NCBI GenBank assembly: GCA_963782915.1
Contig: CAWALK010000018.1
Location: 1,994-65,993, forward strand
DNA: 64,000 nt
Source: an uncultured archaeon
GTDB taxonomy: Archaea; Thermoproteota; Bathyarchaeia; Bathyarchaeales; Bathycorpusculaceae
Direction of reading: 5' to 3'
Under the pieces are notes generated by a model. The model worked only from the letters and a program-made list of their open reading frames with translations. It was not told the DNA's origin and made no database searches. Each line of letters starts with the position of its first letter. Position 1 is the first letter of the stretch. The translations under genes were made by a program, and so were the position numbers. Positions 53,136 through 64,000 of the stretch are shown piece by piece.

Positions 53136-53615
53136 TTAAGTAAATCCAACTATATCAGGTGTAAAAATCGAAAGCGAAGCCAACAGATAATTTAATGGAT
53201 AAACCCCAGGGTACTCAAACAGGTTGCCGCCATACGAACCGATGATGTTTGCCATGTAGCCGAATAGCTGGAAAAGCGACCAAGCCGTCACCCAAACCAT
53301 CGCCCCAGCTAAACGGTAACCATACTTGCGCCGCCTGCTAATTGTCTGCCCAGAATTACGAGCTGTAAAAAAGATTTCACCCGCCACTGCACCAGCCGCA
53401 CCCGGAAAGAAAGCATTAACCAAAATTTTCTCCACCAAGTTGCCCGGCACAAAATGGTCAATCCATGGTGTCTCCAAAAGACCCAAAAGGGGCAAAACCA
53501 CGTTGCCAGTCACAAGCCTGATCATCACAGGTATGGCATAGATGATTAAGCCGCAGATTTGCCAAACCCAGAACCGCCGTGAACGCAGAGTGCTTGCTAT
53601 GGCATGCTTTAACAT
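53136..53615 (-). CDS. Membrane protein
   Basis: Several hydrophobic helices. Confidence 0.55.
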   Translation of the reverse strand: MLKHAIASTLRSRRFWVWQICGLIIYAIPVMIRLVTGNVVLPLLGLLETPWIDHFVPGNLVEKILVNAFFPGAAGAVAGEIFFTARNSGQTISRRRKYGYRLAGAMVWVTAWSLFQLFGYMANIIGSYGGNLFEYPGVYPLNYLLASLSIFTPDIVGFT

Positions 53616-53816
53616 AGAACATTAACAAAGTGGTCAGGTTTTTAAAAGGCTTACCAAATGCAGGTACAATCAAATTATGGATGCTAATAGAGGATCTATG
53701 CAGAAACTATAGGGGATAGGGGGTAACTGGAGAACAACAAAAACCTTCTCTATTTATGCCTTTAAATAAGGGAGGGGGTAGGTGCTCCGAGGTAGGTAGA
53801 GGGTTTCAACGTAGGT

Positions 53817-56253
53817 TTATTGGCGTTTTAGCATGTTCTCAAGGATGGGCTTGAGTTTGGCATTTTCGGTTTGTATCTTTTCTTTGCCCAGTGCTTTGCG
53901 TTGGCTGTCGATTTCTTTGATGACTTCCGCGTAATGGATGCCTTCGGCGGCTGAAATGTATTCGACTCTGAAGCGTTCGGGGCTCATGCCCAGTTTGGTT
54001 AGCATGCCTTTGAGGGCGTCGGTGCGGTTTTTCATTTTGTAGTTGCCGTTGATGTAGTGGCAGTCATATGGCATGTGGCATGCCCCGACCAGTACTGCTC
54101 CTGCGCCTAAACGGAGGGCTTCGAGGATGAATTCGCGGTTGACTCTTCCGCTGCACATGACTCGGATGGCGCGTACGCTTGCGGGGTAATCGCATCGGCT
54201 TGATGCCTGCTAAGTCTGCTCCGGCGTAGCTGCACCAGTTGCAGAGGAACGCGAGGATTTTGTCTTCTGGATTAGTTTCTAAGGCTGCTCGGATTTGAGC
54301 CATAACTTGGGCGTCAGTGAAATGCATCTGGGTAATCGCATGGGATGGGCATTCGGCGACGCATGTTCCGCAGCCATGGCAACTGGCAGTGATTATGTTG
54401 GCGGGTTGCCCTTTTTCTTGGCGAATAGCGCCATATGGGCATTTATCCACGCAGACACCGCATTTTTTGCATTTGGATTCATCAACGATGCTGATGATGG
54501 GTTCAATCTTCCATTTCGGCTTACTAATCACCGTTGCCGCACGCGATGCAGCGCCGCTTCCCTGCGAAACACTATAGGGAATGTCTTTGAGTCCTGCACA
54601 GGCTCCTGCGTAGAAGATGCCGTCTGTTGGTGCGTCGAGGGGTTTTAGTTTGGGGTGTGCTTCCATGAAGAATCCGTCGGCGTCGCGGCTGAGGTTGAGT
54701 ATTCGGGCGATGTCTTCTGAGCCCTTCTTTGGGATAGAGGCGGTGGCGAGCACGACCATGTCTGCTTCGACTTCGATGGGTTGCCCAAGAAGAGAATCCT
54801 CACTATGCACAACCAAGTTGTGTGTGGCTGGGGTCTTCGTCGATTCGACTAACCCTACCGCGGATAAAATTCACGCCTCGTTCCCGTGCGCGGTCATAGA
54901 ATTCTTCGTATCCTTTGCCGGGGCTGCGGATGTCAATGTAGAAAACGTAGACTTCCACGTCTTGCTTGTACTTCTCTTTAAGTTGCACGACATGTTTGAG
55001 GGTGTACATGCAGCCGAAGTTGCAGCAGTATGGGTAATGTTGTTTGTCTCGGCTGCCGACGCATTGGATGAATGCGATGCGGTGGGGTTTGGCTCCGTCG
55101 CTTTGGCGGATGACTTTGCCGCCTGTTGGTCCAGCTGCGAGTATTAGGCGTTCGAATTCCATGCTTGTGATGACGTTGGGGTATTTGCCGTAACCAAGCA
55201 GTGGCATGTCGTATGGTTCGTAAACGTCAAAACCCGTGGATACGATTATTGCGCCGACGTCGATGTCAACTTCTTCGGGTTTCTGGTCAAAATCAATCGC
55301 GTCACGTTCACCGCAGACATCAGTGCACTTGAAGCATTCAATGCAGTAATCCTTGTTAATGGAGTAAACCAGCGGGACCGCCTGGTCGAATGGAACCGAG
55401 ATGGCTTTCCTTGTGCCAAGGTTCATGTCCCATTCGTTAGGGTACTCAATGGGGCAAGCATCCTTGCATTCACCGCAACCCGTACATTTCTCAGCAACCA
55501 CATAGCGGGGGTTCTTGCGGATTTTCACTTTAAAGTTGCCAACATAACCGTCGCATCGGACGAGTTCGCTGTTGGCAAAGATTGTGATGTTTGGGTGACG
55601 TGCGCAATCCACCATCTTTGGACCTTCGATGCAGATGCTGCAGTCCAGGGTGGGGAAGGTTTTGTCGAGTGCCGCCATGTGACCGCCGATGCTCTCGCCC
55701 TTTTCGAGCATGTAGACTTTGAAGCCTTGATCGGCTAAATCAAGCGCTGCATTCATGCCTGCGATTCCGCCGCCGACTATGAGTGCCTTGTTGGTTACTG
55801 GGACTTCGATGGTTTGCAGCGGCTGCATTAATCGTACTTTGGCAACAGCCATTTTAACCGTGTCTTTGGCGCGTTCCGTGGCTGCGGCTGGGTCGCTTTG
55901 GTGGCACCAAGAAGAGAATTCGCGGATGTTTGCCATTTCGTAGAGGAAACTGTTGAGGCCTGCTTCGGCGACTGTTCTCGGAAAGTGGGTTCATGCATGC
56001 GTGGGCAGCAGGCGGCGATGACTACGCGGTTAAGCTTCTGCTGTTTGATGGCTTTGCGGATTTCGTCCTGTCCAGGGTCAGCGCAGGTGTAGCGGTTTTC
56101 TTTCACATAGACAACGTCAGGTATGGTTTTGGCGTATTCAGCGACTGCATGGACGTCTACTGTGCCTGCGATGTTGAGTCCGCAGTGGCAAACAAAAACG
56201 CCTACTCGGAGCTCTTCAGGTTTCTGTGCTGGTGGGTTAGTTGGATTGTTCAT
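53817..56253 (-). CDS. hdrA: Heterodisulfide reductase subunit A fused to MvhD (frameshifted)
   Basis: GVFVCHCG, GGGIAG, KTFPTLDCSIC, IQCVGSRD, CCNFGCMY, ferredoxin motifs, then FLCNWCSYAGAD/MCSGRV/CHY of MvhD. Confidence 0.93.
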
Positions 56254-57190
56254 TTCTTTTTCATCTCCTCAACGATGAAGCGTTTATCGACTAAGTGGCG
56301 TCTGATGTCTGTTGCCTGCGCCGTAAATTCTTTGGTGGCGCTCTCGGGGCTTGTGATGCGTTCAAGCGTTTTGTTCCATGTTCCCGAATGCACTGGCGTA
56401 TGGAGGACTTTTGCTGCGGTGAACTGCTAAGGCATCAGGGGCTGGGCAAACGTTTTTGCATGCACCACAATACGTGCAGGTTAAATCGTTAACGATGACT
56501 TTCTTGTCTTCGCCAACCGATAAGGTGCCAGCTATTGGGCATACGTCAACGCAGTTGTGGCAGCCGTCTGGGCATTTCTTTTGGTCGATGCTGATTTTGC
56601 CTTCAAACGCCTTCTTAACCACAATTGCGCCTGGACCGCACTTGAATTCGCATGCTCGACAGGTTGGGCAATACTGTTTTTTGATGTCTAACGGTGATTT
56701 GGACTCGTTTTTTGCCAGTCGGCGACAGTTTGGAAACATCCTCGACTGGTTTGCCGTCGAAACCAACTTTTGAAATTTGGATTAGTTTGAGTGGACATGC
56801 GGATTCGCATTCGATGCATTCTTTGTCGCATTTGCGGGTGTCCACGGCTATGTCGCTGATAAGTTGTGGATAGCTCTCTTTGGCTACGATGGGTAGGTCA
56901 TGGGTGCCGTTTTGGGTAACTTTAACTGCGCCATAGGGGCAGGTGACGTCGCAGATACCACAGAAATTGCATTTCGCCAAGTCAATGTCGATTTTGGCTT
57001 TTTTAGCCGCTTCACCCTCTGCTTTGGGTTGTTTGTGGGTGGTTATGGCAGCTTTGGGGCAGGCAAGTGCACAGATTTCGCAGCCGACACAACGGTTCTT
57101 GTCCAGGGTTAACTTGTAATTTTTAACCTGCAAAACCCAATCTAACACTAAAGCGTCTGCCGAATCCTGTTTTGTTGTTTTAAACGGCAT
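56250..57190 (-). CDS. Polyferredoxin (FwdF-like; frameshifted)
   Basis: Multiple CxxCxxCxxxCP motifs. Confidence 0.88.
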
Positions 57191-57750
57191 TAATTGTCAC
57201 CCATGGAGCACCAAGCGTTCTCGTTTGGATTTCTCCACTGTTAAGAGGAAGTTGTTATTGAGATTGCGATGTTTGTGTAATAAATATTGCTTGGTAAAAA
57301 AATGATTTTCGCCAGTGGACCCCTTTTTAATTAGTTGATAATGGCAATATGCGTCTTACACACTTCTTCAGTAGGCTTAGCTGTGGCGTCTGTTTTTGGT
57401 CAGCGTTTGGTTTGGGTTGCAGATTGGTTGTAGAGTTTCCCCAAGCAGAACTGAAAGCATTGTTGGAGCTTACTACTTAAGCTACGAATGCAGAGACTAG
57501 CCTGATGCGCCTCACTCAACGTTATTTACACCAGAGATAACCATATGGCAGAGCGTTCTGCTGCTCTGCCAAGTACCCCCTCCCCTATAAATAGAATAAC
57601 ACTTGCAGCCTAACCCTATCGAAGTATCATGCATCCATTGAATATGCACATAGATGCATATCAACACTTGTCAGGCATGGCTTGTTCGAGATGCACGTTT
57701 GCAGCAGACCAGTCTGCAACATTAACTATTTTTTTTGAGTGCTTAACTGG

Positions 57751-58467
57751 TCAGGGCAAATCAAACAATCGTCCTAAAGAAACCGCTGATTTGGCTTTCA
57801 TTAACCGCAGGGCAGCCCACAGCGTCGCCGAATTACTACTAACCACGGGCTTACCCAACTGCCGCTCAAGAGCAGATAAAACCTCAAAAGTACGGAAGTT
57901 AGTGCAACTGATGAATATAGCATCTGCATCGTTCGAGTCAACGGTTTTAGCTAAGGCTTGAGCATCGTCGGGGGTTAAATTGCCAATCTTGAGGTTTTCT
58001 TTAATGTTCAATGACTGCGAATTAAGGACTTGAAATCCGTTTCTTTCAAGAAAACTAACTTCTCTATCGGTTACTTCTTGGAGGTAGGGCGTCGCCAAAC
58101 ATATCTTCCGCACCTTCAACGCCTTCAAAGCATCAACTACCGCCCCCGAAGTCGTCAACGCAGGGCAACCCGCGGCTTCACTAATCCGTTTAGCAAGAAG
58201 CGCATCATAACCCAAGCCTTTGATGAGGCTGCCTGATGTGCAAGCAAACGCAACCACATCTACCTCGGCATCCTTCAAGAGCCGTGCGGCACCATCCAGC
58301 TCCGCCTCCATCCCCTCCAACCCCTCAACAGTTACATCGTTTAGGTGAACTCGGGCATAATGCACAGAAACATCAGTGCCTTGCAGGGCGCTTGAAAATT
58401 CAGTTTCAACAGTCGTGTTCGATGAGGGTATGATTATGCCGAGCCTTTGCATGCACAAAGATACCAA
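57751..58467 (-). CDS. Maleate cis-trans isomerase / Asp-Glu racemase family protein
   Basis: IIPSSNTTVETEF, FACTSGS, ISCTNF, PVVSSN. Confidence 0.9.
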   Translation of the reverse strand: MVSLCMQRLGIIIPSSNTTVETEFSSALQGTDVSVHYARVHLNDVTVEGLEGMEAELDGAARLLKDAEVDVVAFACTSGSLIKGLGYDALLAKRISEAAGCPALTTSGAVVDALKALKVRKICLATPYLQEVTDREVSFLERNGFQVLNSQSLNIKENLKIGNLTPDDAQALAKTVDSNDADAIFISCTNFRTFEVLSALERQLGKPVVSSNSATLWAALRLMKAKSAVSLGRLFDLP

Positions 58468-58494
58468 AAGCAGGTATTTGTAACTTTACAAAAC

Positions 58495-59178
58495 CTAAGC
58501 AGATGCTGCTGACTTGTTCTTGGCAGGGCTAAACCGTTGTTTATACATGTATACAAGCGTCTTTAGCACTGCAATACTGAAGAGCACAAGGTAAAAAATA
58601 TGCGCAAGAGCTAAAGTTGGTTCAGTTAAAAGCAATGAATCGCTGAAGGGGTAACCGATTGTGCTGGGCAACAGCACTGTGGCGATGGGAATGATTAGCA
58701 CCAAATTGGTTTTATCAGCCTTAAAGAAGACTTTCCAGTCACCCGATTTATAGAGAATCAGCGAGGCAACAACAAACAACGTGACTTCAAGGACCATATT
58801 TACTGGGCTGAAAATGTCGATGTAATACGAGCCTAACTCGTGAAGCCCAAACTGAGCATTAGATAGCGGCCAGAGCAGTTGTAGTTTTCCGCCGATGAGG
58901 AAGTCACCGATTAATGAATGAGAAATCAAAGCCAAAAAATATGGAATTGCGGTTTTTCGGTAATGGATGAATATGGGAATGAAAACCAGCGCCGCCACAA
59001 CTATGGAGTGCGTTGGGCCCCTGTGTATTTCAGCGCCAGTCAGAAAATCATAGATTATATCGATGTCTGGGAGTATGGAGAGAACCAGCAGTATGGGTAT
59101 GTTTAGTTTTGTATGCAGCGCCTTCGAGGAGCCTTTTCCCAGAAGGTACGCGATAGCCATATGGCCCACAGCAAACAA
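58495..59178 (-). CDS. Membrane-bound metal-dependent hydrolase (YdjM-like)
   Basis: GH, LPDID, HRGPTHS, SHSLIGD. Confidence 0.85.
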   Translation of the reverse strand: MFAVGHMAIAYLLGKGSSKALHTKLNIPILLVLSILPDIDIIYDFLTGAEIHRGPTHSIVVAALVFIPIFIHYRKTAIPYFLALISHSLIGDFLIGGKLQLLWPLSNAQFGLHELGSYYIDIFSPVNMVLEVTLFVVASLILYKSGDWKVFFKADKTNLVLIIPIATVLLPSTIGYPFSDSLLLTEPTLALAHIFYLVLFSIAVLKTLVYMYKQRFSPAKNKSAASA

Positions 59179-59381
59179 TTGGTTCGTCTCCGCAAATCCA
59201 GAAAATTCAGTTTGCTTGGCTTTTAAGGGTTAGGGTTAAATTTAGGTGAACGTTAGCCGCAACCAAATTTTGGTTGACAGAATAACTAACGGACACAAAA
59301 TACGCTATAGATAACTAATGAACAGAATTACTATGCAGCCGAGTAGACAACAGATTCATTCGTTAATGAAAATGCAGACTT

Positions 59382-59597
59382 TTAGCCCATGCCCATCGCA
59401 CGCATAAGGACCGTAACAAGAAAACCAACACCACAACCAATCGCAATAAACCGCAACAAACGCTTATCCAAAACAATCCTCGAAGCATAAGCAGGCGAAG
59501 CATACAACAACTCAGAAGTGACAAGCAAAATAATAGCTATCACCGCAAGCAACAAACTAATATCAGGGATTCCAAGAGGAAAAACCATACTTCCCAC
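59382..59597 (-). CDS. Small membrane protein
   Basis: Two TM helices; in operon with neighbours. Confidence 0.6.
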   Translation of the reverse strand: MGSMVFPLGIPDISLLLAVIAIILLVTSELLYASPAYASRIVLDKRLLRFIAIGCGVGFLVTVLMRAMGMG

Positions 59598-60385
59598 TAC
59601 ACAAAACTCAACACAACATTAACACTATTACCGGGCAATTGCACCAGTTCTTTTATAACCACAGTTTTACCGGAAGCTTTAGCGAATGCACAAGCAACCG
59701 CACTGACAACGGGGCACCCCAGCATATCAACGCTTTTTGGTTTACTTTCCGGATTATACAAGCTGTCATAGATTATGCCTGTGGCTTTAAAGTTGGCACC
59801 GTTTGGCAGCAAAGACATATCGGCGTTTCTTGCCAAATTAAGATTCTCCGTCAAGCACCTTGGCAGTAATTCGCAGAGTTCAGTAAGATTGATTTTGCTT
59901 AAATCAAGCCTCAACTGCTTCTCTACTTGAGCCATAATGCCTGAGCCGGGAGAAGTGATAAAGAACCCGCGGGTTTGGGCGGAAATAAATTTGCCAGTTG
60001 CCAATTCATCAATCGAGGGTTTCCCATTGAAGCTTTCAGAAACGAAGACAACGGGTTCCCTTAGGTTCTTGAGGTATTCCGGTAAAAACACATCTTTTGG
60101 GTAAGCTGGAATATAGAAGCCTTGCCCATTATATTTTAAATCGTTAATCATTCGATCGACAGTTGTATAGGTGGAGCGTGCACTGCTGTCAAGGAGGCTG
60201 GTTTCAACGTATTTTCCGCTTCTGGTCAACGCTAATACTGCGCCCCAAAAAGTTAATCCTAAACCGATAAACGCTGCAATCTGCATCCCCAATAACATGG
60301 AGAAAACTAGTAAAACTACTCCAGCAGCTAAAAAAGCACCAGCAAACTGTAGAGCGACATTGCTTTTCTTACGCACAGACGACAA
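59597..60385 (-). CDS. Membrane-anchored hypothetical protein
   Basis: Two N-terminal TM helices plus soluble domain. Confidence 0.6.
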   Translation of the reverse strand: MSSVRKKSNVALQFAGAFLAAGVVLLVFSMLLGMQIAAFIGLGLTFWGAVLALTRSGKYVETSLLDSSARSTYTTVDRMINDLKYNGQGFYIPAYPKDVFLPEYLKNLREPVVFVSESFNGKPSIDELATGKFISAQTRGFFITSPGSGIMAQVEKQLRLDLSKINLTELCELLPRCLTENLNLARNADMSLLPNGANFKATGIIYDSLYNPESKPKSVDMLGCPVVSAVACAFAKASGKTVVIKELVQLPGNSVNVVLSFV

Positions 60386-60480
60386 TACAAAAAAATCTCC
60401 TATAATGAACTATTAAGGAAGCTCCTTAATGCTTCTATACTAAATACTAAAAAGAGATGTATAAGGTTTCCTCATAGTGC

Positions 60481-62152
60481 TTATTCGCCATTCTGGGTGA
60501 CTTTTGCTTTGCCCCGACACATTTTGCGCATGTACAGCAAAGCAACACCCAAAACCTTCGAAACCACCCCCAAACCTGAAAACATCGTTCGGAAATTCTC
60601 TATATCCATATGGTTTACGGCGCCAAGAAAAGGAGCCATAGCCAAATAAACAAGCACAAACACCACAAACCCAGCCGCCAAAACTACTACATAGGGCAAA
60701 CTCAAAAAGCTAACTAACAAATAAGCGGCTCCGGAAGCAAGCAGTGAAGCAAGTAAAATTTTACCTGAGTTGCCGAAATCAGCTTTGACATGATAGTTTC
60801 TCCAGCACCAAACAATGCCCCAAATTGTTCCCGGTAAGCTTGCGATGAGTGCACCGAGTATGCCACCGACTACCGCAAATGAATCACCGCCAATTTGCTC
60901 AAAATAGGCAACCATGAAGAAGGCAAGCGGTATTCCGGCAAATAACGAAAGAAGACTCTGATACATGATCTGACGGGTTTTTCCTATACCTGCCTGGAAG
61001 GTTCCAAGACTAATGTTGCCAACCAAAACTAGCAGGTTGACGGCGACGGAGAGCGTTAAAAATATTGGTGCAAACGGAAACTTGGGAACAGGATCCACTA
61101 CGAAAAGAGATTTCATGATGCCTTCTGCAGGGAATAATGTATTGACCAATGGAGTTGCCAAGGTAATAATCATAAATGTAGCCGGAACAAGCAGCAACGA
61201 TGTGTACTTTACGGAGGAGGCAAAAACAGTCTTAACCAGTTCAGGCTCTTTTTCAGGGTTCATTTTGGCAAAAACCGGAAACAATGCAGTCGTCACCGGA
61301 ACCGAAACGAACGTTAAAAGGACTGCAAAGTTGATGGCTGAAAAATAGTTACCCATCATCCAGGTGCCAGCATAAATCGACATCGTAAAAGCGAAAGCCT
61401 GAGGCATAACACCAATCACGATGGTTGAAAACGTCAGGGGCAAACCGAACTTTAGCATAGGCTTCAGCGTTGCTTTGATGTCACATTTGCCAGTCTTACA
61501 TTTACGAAGCGGCTTGAACAGCGCATAATAAACTATGACACCACCTATGAGTGCACCCGCAACAACAGAAACCACAGTTGCAGTAATCGCACCTAAAACA
61601 CCAAAACCCAAAATAACCAAAAGCGGACCAAGAGCAGTTTTAACAATAGCTTGTAACACTGTGGTGAAGCTGTTGAGTTTCATACGTTCAAAGCCCACAA
61701 AGATGCCTTGTCCTGCAGAAGCGAGAGCACCGGCGAAGATGGACAGCGACATTATGGATATGTAAACATGTAAGTTGGGAAGCATTTTCTGGACTAATAA
61801 TTAGCGCCAGCGGCGAAGCGATGGCAAAACAAACCAGAGCTAGTATGGCTCCGCTGATGAGTTCAAAAATCACTCCTGAGTAGATAGCATCATGTATCTG
61901 TGCTTCTTTACCTTCCCCTCGCAGGTTAGCTATAGTTTTAGTTAAGGCAGAATTGACGCCCCAATCCCTGAAATAGTTGATTATGGTTGCAGGAATCAAA
62001 GCCATGCCAAAGAGGCCAACTTCATCAACTGTTAATAAGCCCTGGAGAACCAAAGTGCCAAGAGCCATAATAACGGTTGATCCAACTACGCCTAGAAGTA
62101 GATGGAAACTTCCAGTAGCGGATGATTTACCCATCTCCAAAGCTTTACTCAT
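60481..62152 (-). CDS. Oligosaccharide flippase (Wzx/MOP family; frameshifted)
   Basis: About 14 TM helices; FRDWGVNSALTK; TALFPVFAK. Confidence 0.85.
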
Positions 62153-62175
62153 TTAGCCACCAGTAAATGCTTGGT

Positions 62176-63169
62176 TTATAGAACCATACTGTTTTTATAA
62201 GCTTTGGAAATCGCCTCCAAATCACGCAGCCCATCCAACCCAGTTGGTGAAGGAGCAACATCGTTTAGTAAGCAATTTGTAAAGTACTGTAACTCGTCAA
62301 AGTGCGGTTGAGTAAAAGAAGTCATCCCTTTTCTGAGCATCTGATAGAGGTTCTTCATCGTCGGCGGGGGCATATGCTGAACCGAGGCACTACGCACAGT
62401 TCCCAACAGATCCAACTTGAGAAGATACTCCTGAGAATACCAACCCACATTTATAGCTGCTAAGGTGCCTGAACTGAAGCGGGCAAGGCACATGGCTGAA
62501 TCCTCAAAATCCATGTTGCAGCGGTGACCAAACTGCCCCTTAATATCAGTGATCTTCGCCGAAGAGCATGCGCATGAGATTGATGATGTGGCAGCCTAAA
62601 TCGACGAAGACTCCGCCGCCGGTTAATTGCGTGTTAAACCACCAGTCAGGAACAGGAGCAGGCGAGTGCCCATCGGCACGGTGAACAAAGGGACCTGCGC
62701 AGATGTAGGTTGCATGAGCATTTTCTACGTCGCCCAGTAATCCATCGGCCATGTCCTGTTTGAGCTTGAGGAAATGTGGGTTGAACCGCATCGGATACCC
62801 CATCATCAACTTAACCGAGTTCCGCTCTGCGGAGGAGATTACTTCTTTTGCGTCTTCAACGGTGACGGCGATGGGTTTCTCCAAAAAAATGTGCTTCCCA
62901 GCTTCAGCGGCGTCCCTTGCGCATTTGAGGTGCAGATGAGTCGGCAACGCAACCAACACTGCATCCACTTCCGGATTCTTGAGCAGTTCCATGTAGTCAG
63001 TGTAAGTGTTCTTTACTCCAGCCTCTTTGGCATGTTCCAACGCTGGCTTCGCAGTATCCGCAACAGCCACCACTTGCGCGTCTGAGAGCATAAGCGCATG
63101 TTTAAGGTGCAACTGGCCGATGCCGCCTATACCGATTAAACCTAACTTTACAGTTTTCATTGCAGACAC
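62176..63169 (-). CDS. Gfo/Idh/MocA oxidoreductase (frameshifted)
   Basis: GIGGIG, HIFLEKP, GGGVFVDLGCH. Confidence 0.9.
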
Positions 63170-63171
63170 CT

Positions 63172-64000
63172 CTATTCCAGCCCCAACCGCTTACCCAACC
63201 CAACAACACGTAAAATCCGCTTCAACTGAGCCTTAACCTTCATTTTAGAGGTAACCTTCGGATACAGCGCTCGGAAATCTTCAAGCCGCTCGCCCCGGGC
63301 AACATAAGCTCTGCTGCCGACGCCTTCCCGCTCAGCCACCCCAAAATACGGAATTTTATCGGGGTTTAACCAAGCAATTTTGGCTGCGGCAACATCGATA
63401 GCGACGGGGTCAACACTTGCCATCACCAAACCCAGCTTCCGCGGCTGAACACCTGCGGCGATGTTGCTGTCGATTAAGCAGAGGTCAAAAGGCATAACTT
63501 TGTTCAATGCAACGATAACGTTGCCTAGGTCAGGGTGGTACTTGAATTTCTTCTGGTATGGGTTGCAGCCGAAGATGTTTTTGAGTGCACAGGTGAGTTT
63601 GATGGGGTCTACGGTGTATTTTATGTGCGCTATGTTAATTCTGTAGGTCTGCGTCTGATGATGATTTTGGGAACAAGGAAGTTGTAGGTGCCGCCGTTGC
63701 AGGAGACTTCTGTGTTGCTGCTTTGGTCCTCCGAGAGGTTAACGAGGCGCACATTTTTTTCTTGGGCGAGTTTTTCGTAGCCAAGCATGCGGAATGAGTA
63801 TTTGCAGCGCATGGCCGAAGCGTCGGATTCAACGATGGCTATGTCTATGTCGGGGCTGGTTTGTTGGCGAATTAAATCGATTAATTCCCCGACAAACTGG
63901 GGCGTGGTAGTTTGGCCTGTGGTGCAATCCCAGTAATAGCACAGATTGGGTTTAATGACTACTTTTTTGATGTTTGGGTTAAATTTGTAATCGATTAAAT
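63172..64000 (-). CDS. DUF362 family protein (partial, frameshifted)
   Basis: VIKPN, IVESD, TCALKNIFGC, DPVAIDVAAA. Confidence 0.8.

Noticed and set aside
53817-56253. Selenocysteine recoding in HdrA/MvhD
   Set aside because: The breaks are frame changes, not in-frame TGA at Cys positions; the Cys motifs use normal codons.
1-64000. Widespread frameshifts read as pseudogenisation or a decayed provirus
   Set aside because: Host genes (hdrA, nreA, ABC permease, flippase, oxidoreductase) are broken in the same single-indel way and catalytic motifs are intact, so long-read assembly error is the simpler explanation.

Overview
Archaeal DNA, most likely Bathyarchaeia (inferred from a CdvA-like gene, NreA with a PIP box, an HdrA-MvhD fusion and archaeal-type tRNAs). 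About 38 kb (~1815-40146) is a tailed-virus provirus integrated at tRNA-Lys(UUU). It has packaging, HK97-type head, neck, short non-contractile tail, accessory, replication and tyrosine-integrase modules. The rest is host DNA: metal ABC transporter, NreA, tRNA-Asp, HdrA-MvhD, polyferredoxin, flippase and others. Single-base indels split many viral and host housekeeping genes, so they are treated as assembly error and the fragments are merged. Main highlights: (1) at three places the 3' end of a core viral gene (terminase, portal, tail spike) recurs downstream of a cargo block, which looks like stacked, exchangeable cargo slots; (2) two divergent CheB-CheR-PAS-histidine kinase genes are carried as cargo; (3) a ParB + ABC-ATPase + GNAT module precedes the terminase genes; (4) a shared TAYATGTTAA-N3-TTWTA motif precedes each late operon; (5) neck proteins carry fused glycan-type domains; (6) a host surface protein has class II thioester-domain (Cys-Gln) motifs and an archaeosortase-type tail. 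All family assignments come from motif recognition; no database searches were run.
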